From the NCBI GenBank assembly GCA_918797485.1, contig CAKKNE010000004.1, positions 1,612,001 through 1,676,000 of the forward strand: a stretch of 64,000 bases of DNA, read 5' to 3'. The DNA is from Pelagomonas calceolata (lineage: Eukaryota). This document shows positions 10,924-23,178 of the stretch, piece after piece (the stretch's first letter is position 1; the number at the start of each line of letters is the position of its first letter). The position numbers and the translations under genes are program-made. The notes below the pieces were generated by a model. That model did not search any database and was not told the DNA's origin. It was given only the letters and a program-made list of their open reading frames with translations.

Positions 10924-13431
10924 TATAAATGGACGCGTATAGAGGACGCGCAATTACGCCCTAATTTCCCCCTATCGTCCCCCAGTCGCAATCGTACCTA
11001 CTGGAATTTCCGGTGTTCGCCCGGGTGAGTGAGCAAAGTCAGATAAACAAAATAAAAAAAGTTGAAAAAAAGGAATAATTTCAATAAATAATAGGAACTT
11101 GAGGACCTCAACTTGAAAAGTTTTGTCAATGACAAAAATGCCTCCGATACGCCCACACATTTTATTTAGCAACGGCGAATACCCACCTAGCTAGGACTGA
11201 CTGAGCAGGGGCCACTTGGCGAGTGCGGAGAAGGGAGGAAGGAGAGGAGAGGAGGCTAAATGATAATTAATCGTCGTGTTAATTAATCGTCGTGCCGTGC
11301 CCTATGGACGCTTTGAATAAGTCCCAGCCCCTGTGACCTTTTAGCGCACGGATTTCGGTCGCCATTGGCCCGGGGACCCGCGGTTGGTAATAATAGCTAG
11401 TAGTATAACCACAGGAATCCAGCGGTGACGACGTTTCTCGCCTCACATCTCAAAAGAAAGAAACGGGATGGACCTGCCTCAAGTTTAATTAACAGTCTGA
11501 AGTGCAGTCTTCTAAAGGAATGTATAACCGAAAAGGAAAAAGGGCCGGGCAGGTTCGTGGATTTTGTAACGAACACTCATTCAACATCGCCAGGGGGTTG
11601 ATTGATTTACTTGGACCACGGAGGCACTTTCTAACGAATTTCCGAGCCATGAACCGCCTTACGTTAGAGCCTTACGTCACGAAAGAACTGATGCGTTGCT
11701 GCGAGTTTGGGGGAGTGCGGCGAGTTTTTGTCTTTCGGGCGGGGCGGGGGGGGGGGGGGGGTTGCGCCAAGATTTGGATATCCCAGACTAAAGGCCCAGA
11801 GGAGGGACACCGAAACACCAAAAATTTGCCGTATCTCTATAACTAGAGGCGTCCCTGCTGACCTAAGTGCCAGTGCAGTTCCCGCGGGCCGTGTCTGGCG
11901 TCCGATCCAGCCGCGCCCACGCATTCGCCCAAATTACCATAGGATGGCGGGCTACTTCGCGACCGCGTCCTGCCGCAAAAGTGATCCATTCCTTCCCGCA
12001 CATGGTCTCCTTGGGAGTCCGCAGCCAAATCTCAAATTAGCCCCCTACGCATGCCTGGTCTAGCGCACATCTCCTCGCAATTCAGGCCAAAGCCCCTGAA
12101 TTCCCTCCGGTCCCGGGATACCGAAAAAAAAAGACTCTGCGCAGCTGTCATAAGGGGATCTTCCCATAACGCTGTTTCTTCCTCTGCGCGGACCCCGGAG
12201 GGCGCCGCGCCGCCCCCAGCGACCCGCAAAGCGGCGCCATAAGCTCGACTAAGCTGCTTTTTATGGCCGCCAAACTGAGTCTAGGGATGGACGCACGGCT
12301 ACACTGCCCTCGAAGCAGACAGGCGCCGTACTCTGTTGATTTCTTATGTGTTTTTGCTGAGGTACCGATCGCTACTCCCGCGTGTCGATAAGAAGGTCTA
12401 AGATTGTTGATTTTTTTACAGGCTCCCACAGGGGCCCTAACGCCTCCGCCTCCGTTGCCTCGGCAAGACCAGGCGAAGCTTGAAAGCGCACCACTAGTTC
12501 TAAAATCCAACGCCACGGGCCTCACTCGGACGGCCCAGGGTGATAGATCGTTTGACTGGGGAGCCTTTCTCGATGTAACTAGTGGGCTGGTGGCTGGATT
12601 TCTGGACTCGCCGCATACCTTCTAAATCTTGCCCAAGACAGAATGACCCCGTTTATGTTGTTCCTGTTTGGTTGCGTGTGACCGTACAATGCGCATCTGA
12701 AGCGATGTGTGCCGCACGGTAGTTCGACGCGCATTTGACCTCGGATCTAAGATTTTGTCTAGCTACTTGTCTAGCTAGGTTAATTTTTGTTGTCAAACAA
12801 AATTCCAACATCGTGAACTCGCGTGCTGCGCGCCTTAGGACTTTGCGCTCTTTAGCTGCGCCGAGTTATCACGCCGTTGTCCGCGGCAAAGCGAAATTAG
12901 AGCCTTAACTTTTTGCCTCAGCCGTGGCGCCGCGATTTCCCGGTAGACTCGGCGCCGCGGCCGCTCAGCATGCGTGTTTGACCCCGCGTAAGTTTAAATA
13001 TACGCGTTGTTGGAGTACCCTCTCAACCGCGACATGATACCGTGGCGCCGGGATCTGCCGAGCGTCGCCCTTGGTGACATAACCGTGGGGACTGCAATGC
13101 CCCACCTGTTCACAGTGAGCTGACCTTCCAACTCAATGTCAAGGAGACTTTTCCTCTGAGCCGTCCCCACGTTCGGCTCGTGCCGGCATCATGCCGTGGA
13201 TCGCTACCGGCAACGCGCGATCGTGCCTCACTAGGGCCTATTCAGTAGACCCGGGCGGGATGACTGACCCCCAATAGTAGTACTAGATAGTACCCATTGG
13301 CTGCTGATATGACTGGGCGCGCCTATAAATTACCGATATTGTGCGACTTGTGTTTTAATGCTAAGACACTGGAGCAAGGCTCTGATTCTTAGGGTCACAC
13401 GGTCGTTACCAGCTGCTTAGGCTCTGTTCCC

Positions 13432-13943
13432 TAAGGCCGGAAACCGGTTAATTCTTTGGAGTAAGATTCTTCCTTACCTTTCTTGTCTCTAATCAGAATG
13501 AAATTAGACTGCGACGCTTAATTAAGACTCCTTGGAGACTTCGAAATTCATAGGGGTCGAGCGCAATAGTCGACGTTGGCAGGTTTTTGGCCAATTGAGC
13601 GTACAGCCACGCGCCGACCAAATGGCGGCAAATTTTTGCTAAGGCGCAGGCTCCGTATGCTAAAATAATGGGCTGTGCAAAGTTCGGTTTACTGTGGGCA
13701 GCCTCGCGCTGAAAAATCAGCTGCGACGCGGTGCGATGATGCGTGGTCAGATGCCAGTGTGAGATTAAACCCGCCCCAACCATATCGCTCCGAAAGACGG
13801 TCCGGGCGACGGTCCGAGATAAACCCGCCGAAAACCAATCTCTCCAACGGACGGGATAAATCGGCCTCTAATTATCCACTAATTATTTCCTATTGTTCCA
13901 TATCTATGTAGGGCTGCTAGTGAATATCCGGCTTCCGGCCCTG
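13432..13943 (+). mobile_element. MITE family A, full-length copy (about 510 bp) with hAT-like CAGGG-type termini
   Basis: Left end TAAGGCCGGAAACCGG and right end CCGGCTTCCGGCCCTG form an imperfect TIR. It is collinear with the copies at 30355 and 54778. No TSD is recognisable. Confidence 0.85.
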
Positions 13944-13977
13944 CAGCATGAGGCTCTGTCATTTGCTCGTAAATTGG

Positions 13978-14033
13978 AAATAGCTATAGTCAATTCGGGT
14001 TTTTAAGGGCAAGCCTAGCTTAGGGAGGGGTGT
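13978..14033 (+). repeat. Dispersed repeat fragment, also at 38680-38731 and more weakly at about 17778 and 46430 (inverted)
   Basis: Shared AATARCTATAGTCAATTCGGGTTT....TAGGGAGGGGTGT. Confidence 0.55.
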
Positions 14034-14666
14034 CGGGGTTGTGAGCGTGTACGTAAGCTTGCTGCCGGTCGCAGACTCGTAAATATTATCGTGCGGACAG
14101 ATCCGGGACAACTTTGCCTCGGCCTGACGCGTCGCAATGAGTTTGCCCCGGGGAAAGCGTCAAGCGGCGTCGCCGTAGGGAGGGGTCTTTCCGTCGCTAG
14201 ACCGCTAGGGCAAACCAATCTGGCAGTTTGGTAAATTTGGCGACACTCCTCTGAGGAGACGCTCGGGGCCAGTGTAATTCTAGTACTGTACTTTACTTCA
14301 AGTTGGAATAAAGAAAGACAGAAGAAAGAAAGAGAAAGGCCCGGTTTTTTTACAGTCAAAGCCCGGTTCTTTCCAGCGAGCCTCCAACTCCCCGTGCAGA
14401 GCCGTGGTCGGCGTCGCCAGCTTCAAGTCTGTTCCATTTGCGCGGCGCGTCATTCGAACATCTGACGGTCGATTCCTCGGGTCGTCAGATCGCAACAACA
14501 ATCTACATAACTCCACCAGACATGGCTTCGGGAGGATCCTATACGTCCTTCAAATATCCCATGAAGTGCCCGTTACAGACATGATCAGTACAATAGATTG
14601 GCGTTAGACCAGCAGCAGATAGCTTGCAAGCCCTTATCCACACCCCATATTTAGTCTATGTGTGTG

Positions 14667-16922
14667 TCACGAATCGTATGATAGGCTGTGAATGAGGGAA
14701 AGATGCCGTATAGTAGGTCGACCATGAGGGCAGCTCCAGGGCCCGTCTAGAGTCGCAAGTTGATCCAAGAGTTTTTTCATCCCAGGGAGCGCGAGCGCAG
14801 TGCCAATCATCACAGCAGAGCGGCATGCCTTCGACGCAAAAAGGGAATGGAGCTTTGGAAACCGGGGCAAGTCTTCATCTCTGGCTACATCTTTGAGTTC
14901 AGCAAGCAAAGAGATGAACTCACGGATGTCCTTTGTGCCAAATGTGATGCCTTTGGCACTCGGCACGCCTGAGACTTTCACGCGACCGCCAGCCTGTGCA
15001 TTCTCGTCAACGGTAAGCACAAAAGCATTTCTTTCAAAGACCTCGCGCTTTTCAATAAGGAAAAGCTCATCCGCTGCGCTCAGATTAAGTATGAGTGGTG
15101 CCAGCAGAGGCTGAGTCCGTATTTTGGTGCTCCTCCAGTTATGCTCATATCGGAACTTTTCGTCTGCAGCATGTTGATCTACAATGAAGAGGTGCCTCGC
15201 GAATTTACATATTAGAAAGCCAAGATTGAACTGGCCCAATACTTCCATCTGAGTGAAGTCGCTTTTGCTCATCACTGCTCCCAGCTTTTCTTCCACAGTG
15301 CCTTCATTTTCTTCAGCACCAGAACTATATTTTGAGGCCCCAACGTCCATTTGCACCACTATCCTTGCAGATCTGCGCAGCAGCTGAACAGACTGCACAA
15401 ACTGACTCAATCCTGGAGCAAACCGAAAGCATCGGTGTGTCCTTCGGTCCCTCTGACTGTGACTGCTAAGAGGGTTTGATTCAGATTGAGAATCTGCGCT
15501 CTTGGCAGATAAAGGAACTTGAAGTGAACTCTTAATCCCGTTGTTGTCCCCTCGCGGATCCGCAGTTGTCGAAATGGCCTTGGACAAAGGTCTGCGTACT
15601 TTTGGAGTTTTTGTTTTGCTCACCAAACCGTCGTCAAGCTGCATTTCGATATCTTCCTTAGCTGCTCTTGACGTGGGGAGTAAATGCTTCTCGCCGATGG
15701 CCATGTGATATTTCTGTGATGCCTCGGCATTATTAGCTTCAGACCCTTGAGAATTCATCCGGGAAACGTTGCAAGTCTTACTAGGTGCGATAGAGTGCGA
15801 ATAGCGAGGCCGGTACGGTAGAATCAGAGAATGCTTTATACCAACATGACCCTGTGTTTGCTCCCAAAAGTTAAGAAGGGCAGTCTTTAGACAACATATC
15901 ACAGAAGCCTCGCAAGCAAAGACGGCTTCCCGTTTGTCCGGTTGTATGTTCACATCTACTTCTGCTCTTGGTAACTGAAGATTTAAGACAAATGCTGGCT
16001 TCTGCTTCTTTTCAAAGGTACGCCAAACATCATTGATGGCACGAATGATTTTATGTGCATTGATAGGACGCCTGTTGATAAATATAAATTGCCGGTCACT
16101 CTCTGACCGTCCAATGCCCTCACCTACACGTGACACAAGCCCAACTGCTACCCTACGGATCGCCGCGTGTGGTGAAGAGTGTTCATCTTTTTCATTCAGT
16201 ATATCTAGCTCATTCAAAGACACGCTTATTGGCTCTAGTGTCTGAGGAAAATTTGTGCCGAAGAGAGACGACAACCCCTCTTTGATTGAACGACCACTTT
16301 GAACTGTAATTGCACTGCTCCGCTTGCTGCCTGCTTGCAACATGACGCGCAGCCGACAGTGTGTCGCAATCAACGCATATCCATGAAGCAATCGCAACGT
16401 CTTTGTGTACTGTCGTTTTAAGTTACGTTGAAGATCAGCACGACGGACAGGCAATGCTGCGAATAATTCCTTGACGGTAACTGTCGTGCCAACTTTCCTT
16501 GCAGTTGGTATCCTCGCTGTCAGGGCACCATTTCGATTAAAGACCAGTCGTGTACCAACCTTCTCCGCTTCGCAACGTGTGACCACAGCAAGACTACTCG
16601 CCAATTCGCATAGAGAAGCAAGGGCCTCTCCCCGGAATCCAAGGCTATCTACATTACGCAGCGTCTCAAAATCTCGCAACTTCGAAGTTGAATAGCGTTG
16701 AGCCATAATTTCGAAGTCACTCGGGGGGATCCCACATCCATTGTCAGAACATTCTATCGCGGAGGTCCCATACTCAACCAATCGCACGTCGATTGATGTT
16801 GCACCCGCATCCAAAGCGTTCTCAACCAACTCTTTGGTTGCCGCCGCGAGATCCACGATTACTTGCCCGGAGCATATCATACGCACAGAGTCTACATCTA
16901 GCCTCGCTATGCCAGGTGTCAT
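14667..16922 (-). CDS. PMS2: MutL-family mismatch repair endonuclease PMS2 (yeast PMS1)
   Basis: GHKL ATPase motifs KELVENALDAGA, DNGCGI and GFRGEAL; endonuclease motifs GQFNLGF, DQHAADE, ACR and CPHGRP; first ATG at 16922; no introns needed. Confidence 0.96.
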   Translation of the reverse strand: MTPGIARLDVDSVRMICSGQVIVDLAAATKELVENALDAGATSIDVRLVEYGTSAIECSDNGCGIPPSDFEIMAQRYSTSKLRDFETLRNVDSLGFRGEALASLCELASSLAVVTRCEAEKVGTRLVFNRNGALTARIPTARKVGTTVTVKELFAALPVRRADLQRNLKRQYTKTLRLLHGYALIATHCRLRVMLQAGSKRSSAITVQSGRSIKEGLSSLFGTNFPQTLEPISVSLNELDILNEKDEHSSPHAAIRRVAVGLVSRVGEGIGRSESDRQFIFINRRPINAHKIIRAINDVWRTFEKKQKPAFVLNLQLPRAEVDVNIQPDKREAVFACEASVICCLKTALLNFWEQTQGHVGIKHSLILPYRPRYSHSIAPSKTCNVSRMNSQGSEANNAEASQKYHMAIGEKHLLPTSRAAKEDIEMQLDDGLVSKTKTPKVRRPLSKAISTTADPRGDNNGIKSSLQVPLSAKSADSQSESNPLSSHSQRDRRTHRCFRFAPGLSQFVQSVQLLRRSARIVVQMDVGASKYSSGAEENEGTVEEKLGAVMSKSDFTQMEVLGQFNLGFLICKFARHLFIVDQHAADEKFRYEHNWRSTKIRTQPLLAPLILNLSAADELFLIEKREVFERNAFVLTVDENAQAGGRVKVSGVPSAKGITFGTKDIREFISLLAELKDVARDEDLPRFPKLHSLFASKACRSAVMIGTALALPGMKKLLDQLATLDGPWSCPHGRPTIRHLSLIHSLSYDS

Positions 16923-18885
16923 TTTATATACCGCTAAGATCCGCCTATCACGATCCCTACAGCTGGACCATTGGAGCCGAAGCAGCACCACCCGACCCAG
17001 CTATAGTTTGGTCCCACCCCCCCTTCGCCCACATGACCCATATAGCCCATATAGCCCACTGCCCGCGCTCGCTGACGACGGCCGCGGCGCCGCGCCGTTT
17101 GCGGCGGCTATCTCCGCGATAAAAAAGAGGTCGACGGCCTACGGGCGCCCTCGCGCGCCACGGCGCGGAAGGCCGCGCACGGGGCAGCGTCCATCGCGTA
17201 GCGCTGCCTACCTACTAGCCTAAGCCCATTTTCGAGCCGTCGACGGACGAGTGCGCGCCCGCCGCACTCGTCGAGGTCTAGGGGGGCGCCCCCTCCGGCA
17301 AGCGGGGCAGCCCTCGTCGATGGTCGATGGTTCGACTCGGCAGCCTCGGGCCATAACCCATATAGCCCATTGGCGCGCTTGGCTGCCTTCCGCCCCGTCA
17401 TTTTGTGAGCGCTCGTAGTATGATAGAGAGACCCCCGCGGCCAGGGTCTCGACCATTTTTTAGCGGCAGACGGGCGCCCGCGGCGCCACACTGCACTGCC
17501 CCATCAGCACGCACCCTCCGTACGTCGCCGCATGACGTCGTACCATGACCGTCTTTCGAAATGACCTTCACCCAGAAGCCACGGACGGCTGACCGCAAGG
17601 GTTTGGGGTGCGATGAAGTTTGACCGTAAACGCGGGTGTAAAACGAGGTGCGTCGACCACCGATACGCGAAGTGCGAAGCGGGTCCCTTTGTTGGCGTGG
17701 AGCTTCAAAGGGACCGTGGGGACTGCGCAGACCGCTTGGTTGCTCGGGAACCCCTTTTTTACTATAAAATGTCCAGGAAATAGCTATATTCATTTCGGTT
17801 TTGCCAGAGGGGGCACACGTGCAAAAAATGACCAATTCTTATTCTTACTAAACGGGTTTCGTGGCGGAGAGACTCCGGCGAAGCAGTATGCTAGCGGGTA
17901 CATAGCAGGCGAAGCGCGCCCCATCACACACACGCGCACTCGCTCGCAACAAACTGACATCACAGGCACATAATCGGTCTGAAATGAAAAGGGGGCACGG
18001 CCATCTCGACCTCGCGTGAAGTAAACTAGCTCGCGCGCGCCTCTCTTCGAAGTTGTCAGAGACACTTCGCCTGTCCTGTAGTCCACGTGTTTGTGGCGTA
18101 CACGAGGGTGCATCATGACAAGAGAGGAGCTACGCGTGATGATGCGCGCGATGACGGCGCAACGCCGTGCGCGCGCGCGCGACAAACTTTGCGGTCATCT
18201 CGAGCCCTCGTAGTGTCGTAGATCGTTGGGCGCAAAGGTCGCGAAGCACCAGAAGCGGCGAGTTAAGCGAGTACAGCACGTACGCCCTTCTTCGGCTGCG
18301 TCGAAAAGCGCAACGCCAAAAAGAAGGCCCAGCGCTGCCGTAAAGCGCAGCCGCGCGACCGCTTCGCGTCGCGGCAGGTTGGGGGTATGGGGGGCGACAC
18401 GCAGGCAGCGCCCCGCGGCCCAATCTGCATGGGCGATGGCAATGGGTTATGGGCGCGGCGTAACCTTACTTACCTTATCTATACCGGCCTCGACGCGCCA
18501 CCCTTCGCCGAGCAATAACTATTGCGTGCCAGTGCAAAATAAAATGCCATAATCGTCTACGACGTCGTTATACGGTAGGAGTCAATCCTCTAGGTCAATC
18601 CGACTGAGTCAGGCTCCCGGCCGCACTGCAGTCCTCGGCTGGTGGCACAGGGTATTGGCTAGGCTCTAACTACTAGTAACATCCAATTTGATGTATTAGG
18701 AATAATGGAATAATATTTATGACGGCGATAGCCCTCCCAAAACGGCCGATTCCGATATCGGCGACCAGCCTGGGCATGACAATGGACCCAATGAGTCGGG
18801 CGATTCAGAGCATGTCGTCGGACATTCAGCATTCGCTTATTCGTCTATAGCATTTCCTCGAAAACGTACACGGGCTAATGAAAAT

Positions 18886-18956
18886 CAAGAGCACTCACTG
18901 GTCCGGGGCGTTCTCCGGGAGCGAACAATAAAGCTAGCTCGAAATCCAGTCTAAAA
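18886..18956 (-). repeat. Repeat family B fragment; matches 28562-28632, and the adjacent 28470-28515 matches about 47245-47285
   Basis: AGACTGGATTTCGAGCTAGCYTTATYGTTCGCTCCCRGAGAA occurs in inverted orientation at both loci. Confidence 0.7.
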
Positions 18957-19628
18957 CGTATTCTTCCCAAGCGACGTGGTGCGAGAACAGCGCCCACGCG
19001 ATACTCGCTCAGTATAGAATTCGCAAGCATATAAGATGAGATCGTTTATCAGGACCGTGCTTGTTTCCCATCGGATATGAACGTCACGATTCCCTGGTTT
19101 CGGCCGTGGGTCTTCTACTGCCGCGAGCCATTCATTGGCATAGCCGCAAAATCATTCCAGGTGCAGTTTGGAACTTCGATGGCTCTGGGAGCTAGTTCAA
19201 ATGAGAGAAGAATCATATGGATCCCAACAATTAATCAGTCTCTTTTTCCGGACACCGTGACCGTGTAGGTAAACAATGTATCATCACTGGCAAAACTAAC
19301 TTGAATAGTTGCCTTGTTAATGCATCATAGCTAGACATAGCCTGGGTCTTGAGCTGGCGGACAGTCCTGCATTCTGTAGCGTACCAGCAGGATCCCTACA
19401 GGCGGGCAAGCCTGTGCAGCGCTGGTGCGAGCCGGACTGCAACATAACAGCTTGGTTTTGTGCTAGACCCAATAGCCCCTCCGATGAGCATATCGTGGAG
19501 ATTTGCTTGATTGTTACAAGGCACATTGAATGTAAGTAGAAAAATTCTCTGAGATCACCGTGCGCACTTGACCTCTTTGGCAGTTTGTCTTGGAACTGGT
19601 TGCATTGTGCTGCGGGACCTAGAGTTAG

Positions 19629-22600
19629 CTACATGATAATTGCAGCTTGCTCATTCTTTCCTAGTGGTGCTTTATCAAGGATAATCATGTCAGTTGGTGC
19701 CTTCCGATCAAGCTTTCTTCCCCATATGGCTTGATAACCAGCTTCAAGATGCCTGAGCGTCTTGATTGACTCAAAAAGTGGTGCTTGGTGAGGCCCAACA
19801 CGGGACATTTTAAGCTTCTGACGATACGTGTGCAACTTAACTTCATCAACAGCTAGGGATGTGGCAAGGTTCTTGTAATCATCGAGAGAATCTGTGATAA
19901 GCTCTGGGCAACCAGCAGCGGTGCACAAACTTGCAGATATGCGCGTCGCAATTGTTTGGCCCAGAAAGGTAACCACTGGCGTTCCAGCCCAAAGTGCATC
20001 TATCGTGGCGTCGACGGCATTATAACCAGGCGTATCTAGAATAAGATCAGCAAGCACATTGCAAGATATGCATATATCTTTCTGAGCGAGGTCAGTAAAG
20101 AATAGTCGACATTCCTCTACCTGAAAAGAAGCGCATTCTTGCTTAAGGCGGTCAATAGCACCCCTTCTCGAGCATATATTCAACCAAAGTATTGCATTGG
20201 GAACGCACTGTAATATCTTCATCCACGTGGTGAATATAACCGGGTCCAGCCATTTGAGCGGGCCAAAGTATGCAAATACAAATGCATCCTCCGGAATACC
20301 ATAAGTCTCGCGGGTGCATGCGCCCCTGGGGGGATCATCAAGAAGATAATTGTATTCCATTGCATGCCCGTTCAAAATACATGAGTCCGGCAGCAGTAGC
20401 GCACATTCATCAATATCATATTGGGTTCCAGGGGCACCAGGTGGCTTGGGGGGACCAAGCACAACACGATCAGCAACAAGATAGTCCAAGTAGTCTGCAC
20501 CGCAGGTACCATGGAAACCAAGCACGAAGGTGAGCTGGATCGGAGCTGGACGTAAAGCAAGAATCTCATTGTGGGCGTGTGCAGTGTGGCCATCAAGATG
20601 CGCAAGGATATGAACTCCATCTGCGTGGATGGCACTTGCTGCTTCTTTGGCGGTAATCCGGCTCAAATCTTTGAAAGTTCCTGCCAGCTCACATTCGCTT
20701 CTCACAAATTGTGCGCCTTGATCTAGCTGATCTAGTGGCGATAGCGAGTAGCAAGTCACGCAAAACCTTGTCATGTCATGATACTTAAACAATGGGGCAA
20801 ACAGATGCCGAATAGAATGTGTCCAAAAATTTGAACTTATGTAGCCCACATGGATTCGCCTTTCATTAGGAACTGCAATTGAACATAAAGCATGGTGGTG
20901 TCGAAATGAATTGAGGGCCAATAAAGCGATATTTGCCCTGGCTCTTGCTGCAAATCGCCTAGTGAGTCGCTGTACATCACGTGGTGCAATTGAGTCCGTG
21001 AGAGCTAAAGCATCAATTGGTTGGATGCAGGGCAAGGACGCACTAAACACGTGACCAGACTTATTACTGTTAGATTCTGGCTGTTCAACTAAACCCGCAG
21101 AGGATCGTCGTCTGTAATCTAAGATTGTGTCATCATAATTGTCCAGCTGCAACTGGATTGCAACAACTAAGGCAAGGCTGCTTAGGTGTGGTGCGCGCAT
21201 AGTCCAATCACACACGGAATCTTTGGCTTGAAGTAGGCCAGCAAATGCACCAAGAAAGTTTGGGTTGAGACTTAGTGCTTGCTCATAACAGTGGATTGCA
21301 TCTTCGTAGTTCCCTTTATCTCCATGTGCCTAGCGTGATCGACGCAAGTAAGATAAGTTTCATGCAAGAGACTATGACTCGTGACTGCAGCAAGCGCAGC
21401 ATGCCCTTCAGCAAGGTGCGTTGAGATATCAAGGGCTGTTGTGAAACATTTAATAGCATCATCTAACCTGATGTGATCACAGAATGAGGACGTAAGATTT
21501 TTTGCACGGAATTGCTCTGCTAATGGCTGGCGAATGTCACGATATGTGTTGCCAAGGTTTAGGTATGCTTCTGCAAAATCCGGGTCAAGGGCAATAGCTT
21601 GGTGGTAGTGCGCGATAGCTTGTTCAAGTTGACCTTGCTCACGCAAGAGAGAACCAAGATTGGTATGTGCTGGTGCAAACGAGGGCATCAGTCGTGCTGC
21701 TGTTACGTTGCAGTGAATTGCCTCGCGCACAAGGCCTCGATCACGCATTGCATTACCGAGGTTGCTGTATGCATGCGGATGATTCGGCTGGAGCCGAAGT
21801 ACCGTGCGGTAACATTCAATGGCCTCACCCGCATCGGCTTTCCGCTGATGTTTTTGGGAGAGTTCACGGCTCATTAGTTCGGTTGTGTCTCCTTTTATCA
21901 TTCTAAATTCGCCACTAAGCTGTAGCATCGCGAATGGTTTATTGAAGTCTCGAAGTGCATTGCCAAGATTATTGTAAGCATCCGGGAAGTTTGGCTCAAG
22001 TTGAACAGCACGTCTCAAGGCGCAAATTGCACGTTGCACCTCGCCAGATACGAGAAGGCAGCTACCTAGATTGCCATGGGCAATTGCGAAGTCAGGTCTG
22101 ATGCGTATTGCAGTACTGTAGCATTGAAAGGCTTCTAGGACATTACCTTGCTCCTGCATTGCTGACCCGAGATTACTATAAACATCGGCAAATTGTGGAC
22201 AGAGGCGGATTGCTTCACGATAATACGCGATAGCTGTTGAGGTTTGTCCCTCCTCTCTAAAGATTCCAGCAAGATTCGACCAGGCAATCGAAGATTCGGG
22301 CTTCAAGCGAATTGCCTCCATATAACACTGGCGTGCCAACTTTAATTTTCCTTGAGCCTTAAATATGTTGCCGAGGTTACAATGGGCACCAACTAGACCT
22401 GGGTCAACCACAATGCTCATCTGAAATGCCTCAATTGCATCATCGACCTGTCCTATCTGAATGTGGGCCGTGGCAAGGTTGTTGTATGCATCGCCAAAAC
22501 GAGGATTGCACTTGATGGCTTTGAGGTAAAACCTGGTTAATTTCTCCTATTGCGCCGAGATGCGTGATTGTTGACACTGTTTACCTGCCCCATTGATCCT

Positions 22601-22982
22601 TGTACATCACCAAGCTCCCTGAGGGCATTTGCCAGGTTTGAATGCGCCTCCGCCATCTGGGGCTCAATGCGGATTGCCTGGGGAATGCAATCTTAAAAAC
22701 TATGAGTATATGCTTCAGCACCTGCTGATTGAAAAATACCGCCTCAGAAAAGTTTCGCAATTGGAAATTGATGGCTCCCAGCAGAAGCAGGTTGTCTGAT
22801 CGAGCCTGTATAGCGCAAAAAGGCGACTCGGGAAATATCAAAGCTTTTTTTGTTACCGCATCAATTGCATAAATTTCCTCTGCTATACGAAGGGATTCCA
22901 CGTATTTACCACAGTCGTACGTCATGTACGCCTCATGCTGCAGTCTTACTAGCATTGCACCTTTGCTCACTAAGGAGGACAT
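19629..22982 (-). CDS. OGT: O-GlcNAc transferase-like protein (GT41, SEC/OGT type): TPR array plus a divergent catalytic domain
   Basis: More than 10 TPRs (AYNNLGNAL-type), VCDW, VGYISSNF, RPAPIQ, DYLVAD, LWAGTPVVT. Introns at 22806-22856, about 22678-22721, 22533-22588 (GC-AG), 21468-21527 (GC-AG) and 21330-21385. An upstream in-frame ATG exists at 23087. Confidence 0.9.
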
Positions 22983-23178
22983 GAGCGCCGCCGCGGCAGA
23001 TACGGTCTGGATACATATCCTCGAGTTGAAAGCACCCTTCTTGTCGATCCGTTGCCTGCCGCTGGATCGGGGTGGCCCGGGCGGCATCAAGATGACTCTG
23101 ACTTGGATAATCAGGCTACTGCTGACAACGACGACCCCCACCACGACCCCCCCTTACGTAACATGCCTTGAGGCTCCG

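Noticed and set aside
10690..14607. Short ORFs in the spacers, including the similar ORFs at 10710, 13493 and 30397
   Set aside because: They are chance frames in MITE copies and GC-rich relics, their indels do not preserve frame, and I recognised no protein or transposase motif.
18700..19600. Small gene between PMS2 and OGT
   Set aside because: No frame gave a recognisable product, and part of the region is a dispersed repeat.
21830..21950. Intron explaining the ~35-aa insertion in an OGT TPR
   Set aside because: I found no convincing donor-acceptor pair, so it is left as a possible real insertion.
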